Assembly (NCBI RefSeq): GCF_018350175.1
Contig: NC_058369.1
Location: 10,604,001 to 10,668,000 of the forward strand
DNA: 64,000 nt
Reading direction: 5' to 3'
Source: Felis catus
Taxonomy: Eukaryota
Below are positions 10,733 through 22,363 of the stretch, one piece after another. The translations under genes were made by a program, and so were the position numbers. Under the pieces are notes generated by a model, which saw only the letters and a list, made by a program, of their open reading frames with translations, had not been told where the DNA came from and did no database searches. Positions within the stretch are counted from its first letter, which is position 1, and each line of letters begins with the position of its first letter.

Positions 10733-12601
10733 CTGGCTTCTTATACTTAACATAATCTTTGTAAGGTTCACCCAAGTTGTAGCCTGTTTCAGAATTCCAT
10801 TCGTTTTAAAAGCTGAATGATGTCCCAGTGTATGTGGTCACCACATTTTGTTCATCTGTGAGTTTGTTGATGGACATTCTGGTGTCTCCACATTTTGGTT
10901 ACTGTAAATAAAGCCATTATGAATTGGTGTACAAATATCTATTTTGGTCATTGCTTTCGATTCTTTTGGGGCATACAAGTGGGTATACAAGCAGAAGTGA
11001 AACTACTGGATGAAGTGATAATTCTATGTTTACGTTTTTGAGGAACTGGTATTGGAGAAATGTCTATTTGAGCCTACTGCCTGTTCTTTATTCCCCCCAC
11101 CATTAATTTGTTTTATAATTAGAAAAAAATCTAATTCCAGTATGGTTAACATACGTGTAATATTGGTCTCAGTTATACAATGTAGTGATTCAACACTGGC
11201 ACACAACACCTCGTGCTCATCACGACAAGGACACTCCTTAATCCCCATCACCTATTTCACCCATCCCCCACCCATCTTGCCATTGTAACCATCAGTTTGT
11301 TCTCTATCATTTAGAGTCTGTATTTTGGTTTGCCTCTCATTTTTTCCCTTTGCTCATTTGTGTTGTTTCTTAAATTCCCCCCACGAGTGAAACCATGTTG
11401 TATTTGTCTTTGTCTGATTGACTTATTTTGCTTAGAATAAAACTCTCTAGCTCCATGCATGTCATTGCAAATGGGAACATTTCATTCTTTTTTATTGGCT
11501 AAATAATATTCCATTGTTTGTGTATGTGCACAACGTCTTCTTTAATCAGTTATCTATTGGTAGACACGTGGGCTGCCTCCATAATTTGGGTATTCTAAAT
11601 GATGCTGCTAATACATAGGGGTGCGTGTATCTCTTTGAATTAGTGTTTTTGTATTTTGGGGATAATGACCCAGTAGTGCAATTACTGGATTGTAGGGAAG
11701 CTCCATTTATACTTTTGAGGGGATACGATACTCTTTCCACAGTGGTGACTGCAGTTTCAATTCCCATTAATGCCTGAGGGTTCCTGTTTTTTCCAGATCG
11801 TTACCAACAGTTATTGTTAATTTCATTTTAAAAATATTGTTTGTTTTAAGCTTTAATTATGGAAGCATTGAATCACTCTATTGTATACCTGAACCTAATA
11901 TTACACTGCTGATAAGTAAATGGAATTTAAATAAAAGCACAGATGTTTGGAGTTTTGAGATGTTTGGAGTTTTGCTGTGGAATTTTTGAAAATCTTTTTA
12001 TATTGTGGATATTAATCTATTCCCAGGTATCTGATTTGCCAATCTATTCTCTGTTTTGTGAGCTTTCTTTTTTGACATGGGAAACAGTGCCCTTTGATGC
12101 TCAAATCTTGTCCATTTTGCTGATGTAATTTTTTCCCCAGTTGCCTGTGTTTTTGGTGTTCTCTCCAGGAAATCTTTGTTAAATCCAGTGTCATAAAGAT
12201 GATGTACCTCTCTATTCTCCTAAGTGCTTAAGTTTTATTTTTTAGCTTTAGTCTGTGATCCATTTGGAGTCATGCGTCTAGATGGTGGATGGAGGGTTGG
12301 CTTCATCATGAAGCATGTGGATATCCAGGTTTTCCATCACCGTGTCTTGCAAAGGCTGTCCATTCCGGCACTTTCGTCAAAAATCACTCAATCATAACAT
12401 ATGAGTTTATTTCTGGGTTCCCACCCCATTCCATTGAGTTATATTTCTATATTTGTTGTTGTTGAAAACAGATCACTTTGAAATTATAAGGTAGTAACTC
12501 TGAAAATCATATTTTCCCCATTCCTTAGGCATTATTTTTATTGAAGTGTAATTTACATACAGTGTTATTTCAGGTGTACAATGTAATGTTTTGCAATTCT
12601 T

Positions 12602-14135
12602 TTTTTCTCCAGGGGTGAATACACTATTTAATTAATTAATTAATTAATTAATTAATTCACACATTCATTTGTCTATCTATCTACATTGAAGCTAGTTAGC
12701 ATATAGTGTAACATATGTTCTCATCCCAACATGTTTCTTTTGTAATGCCCCTTACCCATTTAGCTCATCCCCCTACCCTTGTTTTTATATTATTTTTGCT
12801 TCTCTCTCATTATTTCCATCTGTTTTGTATCTTAAATTTCTCATAATGGTGAAATTATATGATATTTGTGTTTTTCTGACTGACTAATTTCACTTGGCGT
12901 AATACCATCTAGTTCCATCCACTTAGTTACAAATGACAGGATTTCATTCTTTTTGATTTCTGAGTAATACTCCATCATACACGTGGGCTCTTTCCATACT
13001 TTAGCTATTGTCGATAATGTTGCTATACACATTGGGGTGCATGTGCCACTATGAAATAGCACACATATATCCCTTGGATCAATATTGCTGGGTCGTAGGA
13101 TAGTTCTATTTTTATTTTTTTTGAGGAACCTCCATACAGTTTTCCAGAGTGGCTGCACCAGTTTGCATTCCCACCAACAATGCAAAAGATATCCTCTTTC
13201 TCCGCATCCTCACCAACGTCTGTTGTTGCCTGAGTTGTTAATGTTAGCCATTCTGACAGGTGAGAGGTGGTATCTCATTGTTGTTTTGATTTGTATTTCC
13301 CTGATGATGAGTGATGTGGAGCATTTTTTCATCTGTCTGTTAGCCATCTGGACGTCTTCTTTGGAGAAGTGTGTATACATGTACTTTGCCCATTTCTTCA
13401 CTGGATTTTTTGTTTTTTGTTTGTGTTGAATTTGATAAGTTCTTTATATAATTTGGATACTAACCTTTTATCTGATATGTCGTTTGCAAATATCTTCTCC
13501 CATTCTGTTGGTTGCTTTTTAGTTTTGCTGATTGTTTCCTTCGCTGTGCAGAAGCTTTTTATTTTGATGAGGTCCCAGTAGTTCATTTTTGCTTTTGTTT
13601 CCCTTGCCTCCAGAGACGTGTTCAGTAAGAACTTGCTGCGGCCAAGATCAAAGAGGTTTCTGCCTGCTTTCTCCTTGAGGATTTGGCTTCCTGTCTTCCA
13701 TTTAGGTCTTTCATCCATTGTGAGTTTATTTTTGTGTATCGTGTAAGAAAGTGATCCAGGTTCATTTTTCTCCCTGTGGCTGTCCAGTTTTCCCAGCACC
13801 ACTTGCTGAAGAGACTGTCTTTTTTCCATTGGATATTCTTTCCTGCTTTGTCAAAGATTAGTTGACCATACGTTTGTGGGTCCATTTCTGGGTTCTCTAT
13901 TCTGTTTCATTGATTTGAATGTCTGTTCTTATGCCAGTACCATATGCCAATCCCAAACATGGGATTGTGATACCTCCTGCTTTGGTTCCCTTTTCAAGAT
14001 CGCTTTGGCTATTCAGGGTCTTTTCTGGTTTCATACAAACTTTAGGATTGTTTGTTCTAGGTCTGTGAAGAATGCTGGTGTTACTTTGATAGGGATTGCA
14101 TTGAATATGTAGATTGCTTTGGGTAGTATCAACAT
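12602..14135 (-). mobile_element. 5'-truncated LINE-1 (ORF2 C-terminus + 3'UTR), with a (TTAA)n tract near 12627-12657
   Basis: Minus-strand ORF fragments [27 protein letters not shown] and [14 protein letters not shown], with frameshifts. Confidence 0.93.
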
Positions 14136-15021
14136 CATTTTATATTTAAATTTGTATTTGAGGTAGTTAGCATACAACAAAATATTGATTTTGGGAGGAG
14201 AATTCAGTAATTCATCTCTTACATACAACACCCAGTGCTCATCACAAGTGCCCTCCTTAACACCCAACACTCATCTAGCCCATCTCCCTCCCACCTTTCT
14301 CCATCTGTCTATTGTTAAGAGTCTCTTGTGGTTTCTTTCTCTCTCTCCTCTTTCACCCTTCATATATGTTCATTTGTTTTGTTAATTCACTTCCAATATG
14401 AGTGAAATCATATGGTATTTGTCCTTCTCTGATTGACTTAATCTCAGTTAGCATGATACATTCTAGCTCCATCCATGTCATTGCAAATGGCAAGATTTCA
14501 TTTATTTTATACCTCTTGCCCTGTTGAGACTGTGAGAAAAGGTACCATTTCTTACACTTTTCTTCCTTCCCACCACCTTGCTTAGTGCCTATTATATCAC
14601 AAATGCTAATGAGGGGTTTACAGGATGCCCAAAGAAGCAAATGGTTGAGTGATGTTAAATAGATATTGCCCACGTTGAAGGAGAATGAGAAGCAGGAAAA
14701 AAGGAGAATCACTGTGGGGGCTGGGGGCTGCATGATGGTGAGCCAAAAGAACAGGTATGGATGGGAGAAAGAAGATTAAGGGACACAGAATTCTCCAAAA
14801 CCAGAATTGAATAGTTACTATGGGGAACTCTGACTTATTAGTGAGAACCTGTAAAGACAGGGCAACTTCTTCTGGGATAAGAGAGTAAATGTGATAAGAG
14901 ACAATCTGGGAATGCCAAGTCTGTGTCCCAATACCAACAGTGGGACAAGTTTGCTTTCTATTTTTCTCTCCTAGCTCTAGAGACCCAAGTCTCCTAAAGG
15001 GAAGAGAGACAACAGAATATT

Positions 15022-15042
15022 TCATTAATGAGACTCATGGGA
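15022..15042 (+). promoter_or_regulatory. Candidate OR promoter homeodomain (TAATGA) + O/E (Ebf)-like motif (copy B)
   Basis: Palindrome TCATTAATGA followed by G and ACTCATGGGA. It is conserved in all four units, about 215-240 nt upstream of a conserved GTGAGC donor. Confidence 0.65.
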
Positions 15043-15255
15043 ATTCATTCCCTACGGCTACAGAAATTAAAATGCCTTTCTGCACCAATGGAGTCGACTC
15101 TTGTAACCTCAGGTGATATGAGCACATAGCTGTGTTTTAGAGCCTTCCTGGGTGGGGCCATGTCTCTTCCCTTCCTGGTGACATAACTTCCAGCTGCATC
15201 AGTCATCCATGGGAGAGACTGGGTTATTGATTTCACGCTGTTCTGTGCTAACATC

Positions 15256-15264
15256 TGGGTGAGC
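15256..15264 (+). other. Candidate 5' splice donor of a non-coding first exon (paralogous GT at 4708, 33634, 53799)
   Basis: (T)GG|GTGAGC, or TAG|GTGAGC in A, is conserved in all four units downstream of the promoter motif. Confidence 0.5.
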
Positions 15265-17647
15265 CGTGGCATCTTCAGAAGTGCTGGGGAAATGTGTTAT
15301 GGTAGGAAGGAACCCTTGTGTCAGTAGTTATTTTGGGAGCATCAACAGGGACAATAAGTTAAGGAGACTTTAGTGATGTCAAGCCCTTAAGGCTTTGATT
15401 GTGGAGGGAAACTCTGGATACACTAAGCCATTTCTCCCTGATCTGTCTCCTCCAAGGTGAGTGCTTCATCAATGGGCCTTCATATCTCAACAGCCTTTCC
15501 TCCATTTTCTTTGCCAGTCCTTCCATTGTTGGGAATGACCATCTATCATTTTTGAACCATTTGTTAATTGCAGTCATTCAACAAGCATTGTTTTCAGCAT
15601 TTTATGAATAAATAAATGACCAAGACAGTGTTTCTTCTGTCAAGGTACTCACTGTATCAAGAGAATGAAAGAGGTAAAAATACATAAATAAACATATTAA
15701 TGTGAGGTGGCATTGAAATCTGGTGAAGTAGATCCTCCAAAATTGGCCCTTTATTTTATTTGTTCTTGAAAAGAGGACTCTTTGATGGGAGTTAGTGAAG
15801 GCTTCCCAGAGCAGCTTCTCGGTGCTGAGACATGGAGGCGGTGTAGGGGTCTTCCCATGAGGACAAGGGGTGCGCAGTCCAGGAAGAGCCAGCAGAGGAG
15901 GAAAATTTAGAGATTCAGTGGAGCAGAAGTTGTGCTGCTGGGATTGGAAATACTTCTTACTGTCTGACCAGCCATCAGAAGCAGGGGCTGCGGGTTCTGC
16001 AAAACGAAGCCACAGTGGCCTGGCTGGGTAGGCAACAGTCAGATTACTAAAGAAAGTGACACTTTGGCCTGAGGGTTGAAGTTTCCTTCTGTAGTTAGTG
16101 AAGATTAAGTTCAGGTTCTATGTCAGGGGCGGTAGGAACAGGACCGGCCCGTGGAAAAGTGACCCAGGTTATTGTGAGGAAAAAACGATTGCTGAGTTCA
16201 GAGTGAGTGAAGTAAGGGATAGAACTAGTACCGTGGGAGTGAGAGGGGCTAGGTCTCTGGTCTGGAGGACTCATATTACTTCTTCCATCCTAAGTTTAAT
16301 GCCTTTTATTTCCTTCTTCTTTTTTCCTTTTCTTTTTTCTTTTTTCGGCCAGTTGCTCTGTCTGGAAGCTGCAAAGCTATGTTGCATGCGAGGTATGAAA
16401 GCAGACATGCTTGTCTTGCATCATCTTAGGGGGTGTTCTCAGTGTTTCCCTCTGGAGAATGATTTCGGAGGTGGGTTTTCATATATGACCTCTTTCGTGT
16501 TGTGGAAGTTTCCTTCTGTTCTTCGTTTTTTGGATGTTGTTACTATCAGGGAACGCTCCATTTTGTCATGTTTTATGTGCCATCTGTTGAGATACTCGTG
16601 TGCTTTTATCCTTCATTCTGTTAACGTGGTGAATTATACTGAGGGGGTTTTATGAGTTAAACCATTCTTGCCTTCCTGGAATAAATGCCATTTGATCATG
16701 ATGCACAACCCTTTTCTACACCATGATCAAAAGGCCGCAATGCTGGCACTGGTAACACTTAGTCAAAAATTTTCGCGTCAACATTCCTTGGGAATATTGT
16801 TCTGTACTTTTCTTTTCTTGCAATGCCTTTTCGTGGTTTTGGAATCAGTGCAAAGCTGGCCTGATGGAATAAAGTGAGAAGTGTTTCCCCTTTGAAATTT
16901 TTGGGAAGAGACTGAGAAAGACTGATGTTAATTCTTCTAATTCTGTGTGGTTCTTGTGATCCTTAGCCATGACTACTCCGCTGGAAAGCCTAATATCATA
17001 AACTGCAATTCTGCTAGGAGAAAGACTCTGTTTGACTTATGGTGTAGCCCGTCCCCTGCTTTCTAAAAGATGTTTCTTCAGCTACAAGAGTACACAGTAC
17101 CACAGTAATGGAGAACTCTCTCTCTGTCTCCGTGTGTGTGTGTGTGTGTGCGCGCACGTGTACAGGACAGAGAGAATTTATCAGTGAAGTACACACCCAT
17201 AAACCTTAAATAGCAAGCTGAACCTGTCTTATGCAATAGAAAATGCAGCATTTAGACCAACTGTAGACATAAAGATAGAGAGAAAGATAGAGAATTATGT
17301 GGGAATGATTTATGTTCCATTTTTCTATATTACATAAGATGTATCCTGTTGTGGACAGACACCATATATAACATATAAATGTAAAAAAGACGCTGAACTG
17401 TAGTGTCCGTTGGCTGAATTTTATTTTATTTTATTTTATTTTATTTTTTAATATACATGCAAGTTAGTTTGCATATAATGCTATAATGATTTTAGTAGAT
17501 TCTAGTGATTCATCCCCTATGTATAACACCCAGTGCTCATGCCAACAAGTGTCTTCCTTAATGCCCCCTACCCATTTAGCCTATCCCCCCCACCCACAAC
17601 CCCTCCAGCCCCTCTCAGTTTATTCTTTGTATTTAAGAGTCTCTTAT

Positions 17648-17868
17648 GGGGCACCTGGGTGGCTCAGTCAGTTAAGCGTCCAACTTCGGCTCAGGTCATG
17701 ATCTCACAGTTTGTGAGTTCAAGCCCCACATTGGGCTCTGTGCTGACAGCTCAGAGCCTGGAGCCTGCTTCAGATTCTATGTCTCCCTCTCTCTTTGCCC
17801 GTCCCCTACTCATGCTCTGTCTCTCTCTCCTTCAAAAATAAGTAAAAACATTAAAAAAAATTTAAAAA
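17648..17868 (+). mobile_element. Can-SINE nested in the L1 3'UTR
   Basis: TSD aagagtctcttat(g) on both sides. Confidence 0.93.
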
Positions 17869-20800
17869 GAGTCTCTTATGTTTTGTCCCCTCCATGCTTT
17901 TATATTATTTTTGCTTCCCTTCCCTTATGTTAATCTTGTTTGTATCTTAAATTCCTCATATGAGTGTAGTTGTATGATATTTGTCTTTCTCTGACTGGCT
18001 AATTTCACTTAGCGTAATACCCTCTCGTTCCATCCACATAGTTGCAAATGGCAAGATTTCAGTTTTCCTGTTGTCAAGTAGTACTCCACTGTATATATAT
18101 ACCACACCTTCTTTATCCATTCGTCCATTGACGGACATTTGGTCTCTTTCCATACTTTGGTTATTGTCGATAGTGCTACTATAAAAATTGGGGTGCATGT
18201 GCCCCTTTGAAACAGCTCAGCTGTATCCCTTGGATCAATACCTAGTAGTGCAATTGCTGGCTTAGGGTAGTTCTATTTTTAATTTTTTGAGGAATTCCCA
18301 TATTGTTTTCCAGAGTGGCTGCACCAGTTCACATTCCCACCAGCAATGCAAAAGAAACTTTCTTTCATTGCATTCTCACCAACATGTGTTGTTGCCTGAG
18401 TTGTAAATGTAGCCATTCTGCCTGGTGTGAGGTGGTATCTCACTGCGGTTTTGATGTGTATTTCTCTGATGATGAGTGATGTGGAGCATTTTTTATTTGT
18501 CTGATAGCCATCTGGACGTCTTCTTTGGAGAAGTGTCTATTTGTGTCTTTTGCCCATTTCTTCACTGGATTATTTGTTTTTCAGGTGTTGAGTTTGATAA
18601 GTTCTTTATAGATTTTGGATACTAACCTTTATCTGATATGTCCTTTGCAAATATTTTCTCCCATTCCATTGTTTGACTTTTCATTTTGCTGATTGTTTCC
18701 TTTGCTGTGCAGAAGCTTTTGATTTTGATGGGGTCCCAATAGTTCATGTTTGCTTTTGTTTGCTCTGCCTCCGGAGACGTGTTGAATAAGAAGTTGCTGC
18801 GGCTGAGGTCAAAGAGGTTTTTGCCTGCTTTCTCCTTGAGGATTTTGATGGCTTCCTGTTTTACATTTAGGTCTTTCATCAATTTTGAGAATTTTTTTTG
18901 TCTGGTGTAAGAAAGTGGTCGAGGTTCATTTTTTCTGCCTGTGGCTGTCCAGTTTTCCTAGCACCATTTGCTGAAGAGACTGTGTTTATTCCTTTGGATA
19001 TTCTTTCCTGTTTTGTCAAAGATTAGTTGACCATACATTTTTGGGTCCATTTGTTGGTTCTCTATTCTGTTCCTTTTTCTCAGTGTCAGTTTTGTGCCAG
19101 TACCATACTGTCTTGATGATTACAGCTTTGTAATACATCTTGAAGTCCGGGATTATGATGCCTACAGCTTTGGTTTTCTTTTTCAGGATTGCTTTGGCTA
19201 TTCAGAGTCTTTTTTGGGTCCATACAAGTTTTAGGATTGTTGTTTCTAGGTCTGAAGAATGCTGGTGTTATTTTTATAGGGACTGCAGTGAATATGGAGA
19301 TTGCCTTGGGTAGTATTGACATTTTAACAATATTTGTTCTTCCTATGCAGGAGCATGGAATATTTTTCCATTTATTTGTGTCTTCTTCAATTTTATTCAT
19401 AAGTTTTCTGTAGGTTTCAGTGTATTGATTTTTCACCTCGTTGGTTAGGCTTATTCCTAGGTATTTCATGTTTTTTGGTGCAACTGTAAATGGGATCGAT
19501 TCATTGTTTTCTCTGTCTTGTTGCTTCATTATTGGTGTATAACCGATTTCTGTGCATTGATTTTATATCCTGCGACTTTGCTGAATTCACGGATCAGTTC
19601 TAGTGGCATTTTGGTGGAATCTTTTGGGTTTTCCATATAGACTATCACGTCATCTGTGAAGAGTAAAACTTTGAACTCCACCTTGCCAATTTGGATACTT
19701 TTATTCCTTTATGTTGTCTGATTACTGGGGCTAGGACTTCCAACACTATGTTAAATAGCAGTGGCAAGCGTGGACTTCCCTGTTACGTTCCTGACATTAG
19801 GGGGAAATCTCTCAGCTTTTACCCATTGATCATATTAGCAATGGGTCTTTCATATGGCTTTTGATCTTGAGGTATGATCCTTCTATCCCTACTTTCTTGA
19901 GGGTTTTTATCAAGAAAGGGTGCTGTATTTTGTCAAATGCTTGTTGAGGATTTTTGTGTCCCTGTTCATCAGGGAAATTGCTCTATAGTTCTGTTTAGTG
20001 GGGTTTTTGTCTGGTGTTGGAATCAAAGTAATGCTAGCTTCATAGAATGAGTTTGGAAGTTTTCCTTCCATTTCTGTTTTTTGGAACAGCTTTTAAAGAA
20101 TAGCTCTTACCTCTTCTTTAAATGGTTTTTAGAATTCCCCTGGAAAGCCATCTGGCCCTGGCTCTTGTTTGGGAGAATTTTGATTACTAATTCAATTTCT
20201 TCAATGGTTATGGGTCTGTTTAAATTTTCCATTTCTTCTGGTTTCAGTTTTGGTAGTTTATATGTTTCTAGGAGTTTGTCCATTTCTTCCACATTGCCCA
20301 ATATGTGGACCTATACTTGCTTATAATATTCTCTTATTTTTGTTTGTATTTCTGCAGTGCTGGTTTTAATCTCTGCTCTTTCATTCTTGATTTTATTTAT
20401 TTGGGTCCTTTCCTTTTTGTTTTTGATCAAACTGGCTAGGGGCTTATCAATGTTGTTAATCTTTCAAAGAACCAGTTCCTGGTTCCTTTGATCTGTTCTA
20501 CTATTTTCGTTTGTTTGTTTTTGTTTCGGTAGCATTGATTTCTCCTTTAATCTTATTAATTACCCATCTCTCATTTGCTGTTTTTTTTTTTCCATCCCTT
20601 TATGGTTTAAGGTTAGGTTGTGTATCTGAGACCTTTCTTCCTTCTATAGATGGCCTGGATTGCTATATACTTCCCTTTTATGACTGTCTTTCCTGTGTCC
20701 CAGAAGTTTTGGGCTGTGATGTTATCATTTTCATTGGCTTCCATGTCCTTTTTAATTTCCTCTTTCACCTCTTTGTTAGCCCATTCATTCTTTAGTAGGT

Positions 20801-22138
20801 TACTCTTTAGTCTCCAAGTATTTGTTGCCTTTCCAAATTTTTTCTTGTGGTTGATTTCGAGTTTCATAACGTTGTGATGTGAAAATATGCATGTTATGAT
20901 CTCGATCTTGTAATTGTTGAGAGCTGATTTGTGTCCCAGTATATGATCTATTCTGGAGAATGTTCTCTTGAAAAGAATGTGTATTCTGGTGCTTTAGGAT
21001 GAAATGTTCTGCATATATCTGTTCAGTCCATGCAGTCCAGTGTGTCAAGCAAAGCCACTGTTTCCTTGCTGATTTTGTGTTTAGATGATCTGTCCACTGT
21101 TGTAAGTGGGGGGTTGAAGTCCTCTACTATTATGGTATTATTATCAACGAGTTTCTTTATATTTGTGATTAACTGATTTATATATTTGGGTGTTTCCACG
21201 GTTGAGGCATACATGTTTATAGTTGTTAGATCTGCTTCATGGATAACCCCTTAATTATGATATAATGCCCTTCTTCATCTCTTGCTACAGTCTTTCTTTT
21301 AAAATCTAGGTTGTCTGATATAAGTATGGCTACTTTAGTGTTCGTTTGGAGATCATTAGCATGATAGATGGTTCTTCATCCACTTACTTTCAATCTGAAG
21401 GTTTCTTTAGGTCTACAATGGGTCTCTTGTAAACAGCGTATAGATGGATCTTATTTTCTTATCCATTCTGTTATCCTATGTCCTTTGATTGGAGTGTTTA
21501 GTCCATTGACATTTAGAGTGAGTACTGAAAGGTATGAATTTGTTTCAACATGTTGCCTGCAGAGTTGTAGTTTCTGGTGGTGTTGTCTGGTCATTTCTAG
21601 TCTTTGTTGCCTTTTTTTTTTCTTTTTTTGCTTTTCTCTCCTCAGAGAATCCCCCAAACATTTCTTGCTGAGCTGGTTTAGTGGTCATTAACTCCTTTAG
21701 CTTTCGTTTCTCTGGGGAACATTTTTTTTTTAATTCTCACCTCTTATTTTGAATGACAGCCTTGCTGGATAATTCTTGGTTGCATATTTTTGGATTCAGC
21801 ACATTGAATATACCCTTCTGCTCTTTTCTTGGCTGCCAAGTTTCTGTGGATAGGTCTGCTTTTAACCAAACTGTCTTCCCTTGTAGGTTAAGGCCTTTCT
21901 TCCCCCTTGGTGCTTTCATGATTCTTTCCTTGTCTGAGAATTTTGTGAACTTGACTATGATAATCTTGATGGCCAGTTTTTGTTGAATCTAATGGGAGTT
22001 CTCTGTGATTCCTGGATTTTGATGTCTGTGTCTTTTCCAAGATAAGAAAATTTTCCACTATGATTTGCTTACATCAACCTTCTACCCCTTTTCCTCTCTC
22101 TTTATCTTCTGAGACCCCTATGATTTGGATGTTATTCC

Positions 22139-22363
22139 TTTTTTTTTTTAATTTTTTTTTCAACGTTTATTTATTTTTGGGACAGAGAGAGACAGAGCAT
22201 GAACGGGGGAGGAGCAGAGAGAGAGGGAGACACAGAATCGGAAACAGGCTCCAGGCTCTGAGCCATCAGCCCAGAGCCTGACGCGGGGCTCGAACTCACG
22301 GACCGCGAGATCGTGACCTGGCTGAAGTCGGACGCTTAACCGACTGCGCCACCCAGGCGCCCC
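22139..22363 (-). mobile_element. Young felid-type Can-SINE nested in L1 ORF1
   Basis: TSD tggatgttattcctttt on both sides; CpGs intact. Confidence 0.95.

Noticed and set aside
16098..16655. 185-aa ORF in the putative intron of B
   Set aside because: It spans a deletion junction into old antisense L1 sequence, is low complexity, and is not open in the paralogues.
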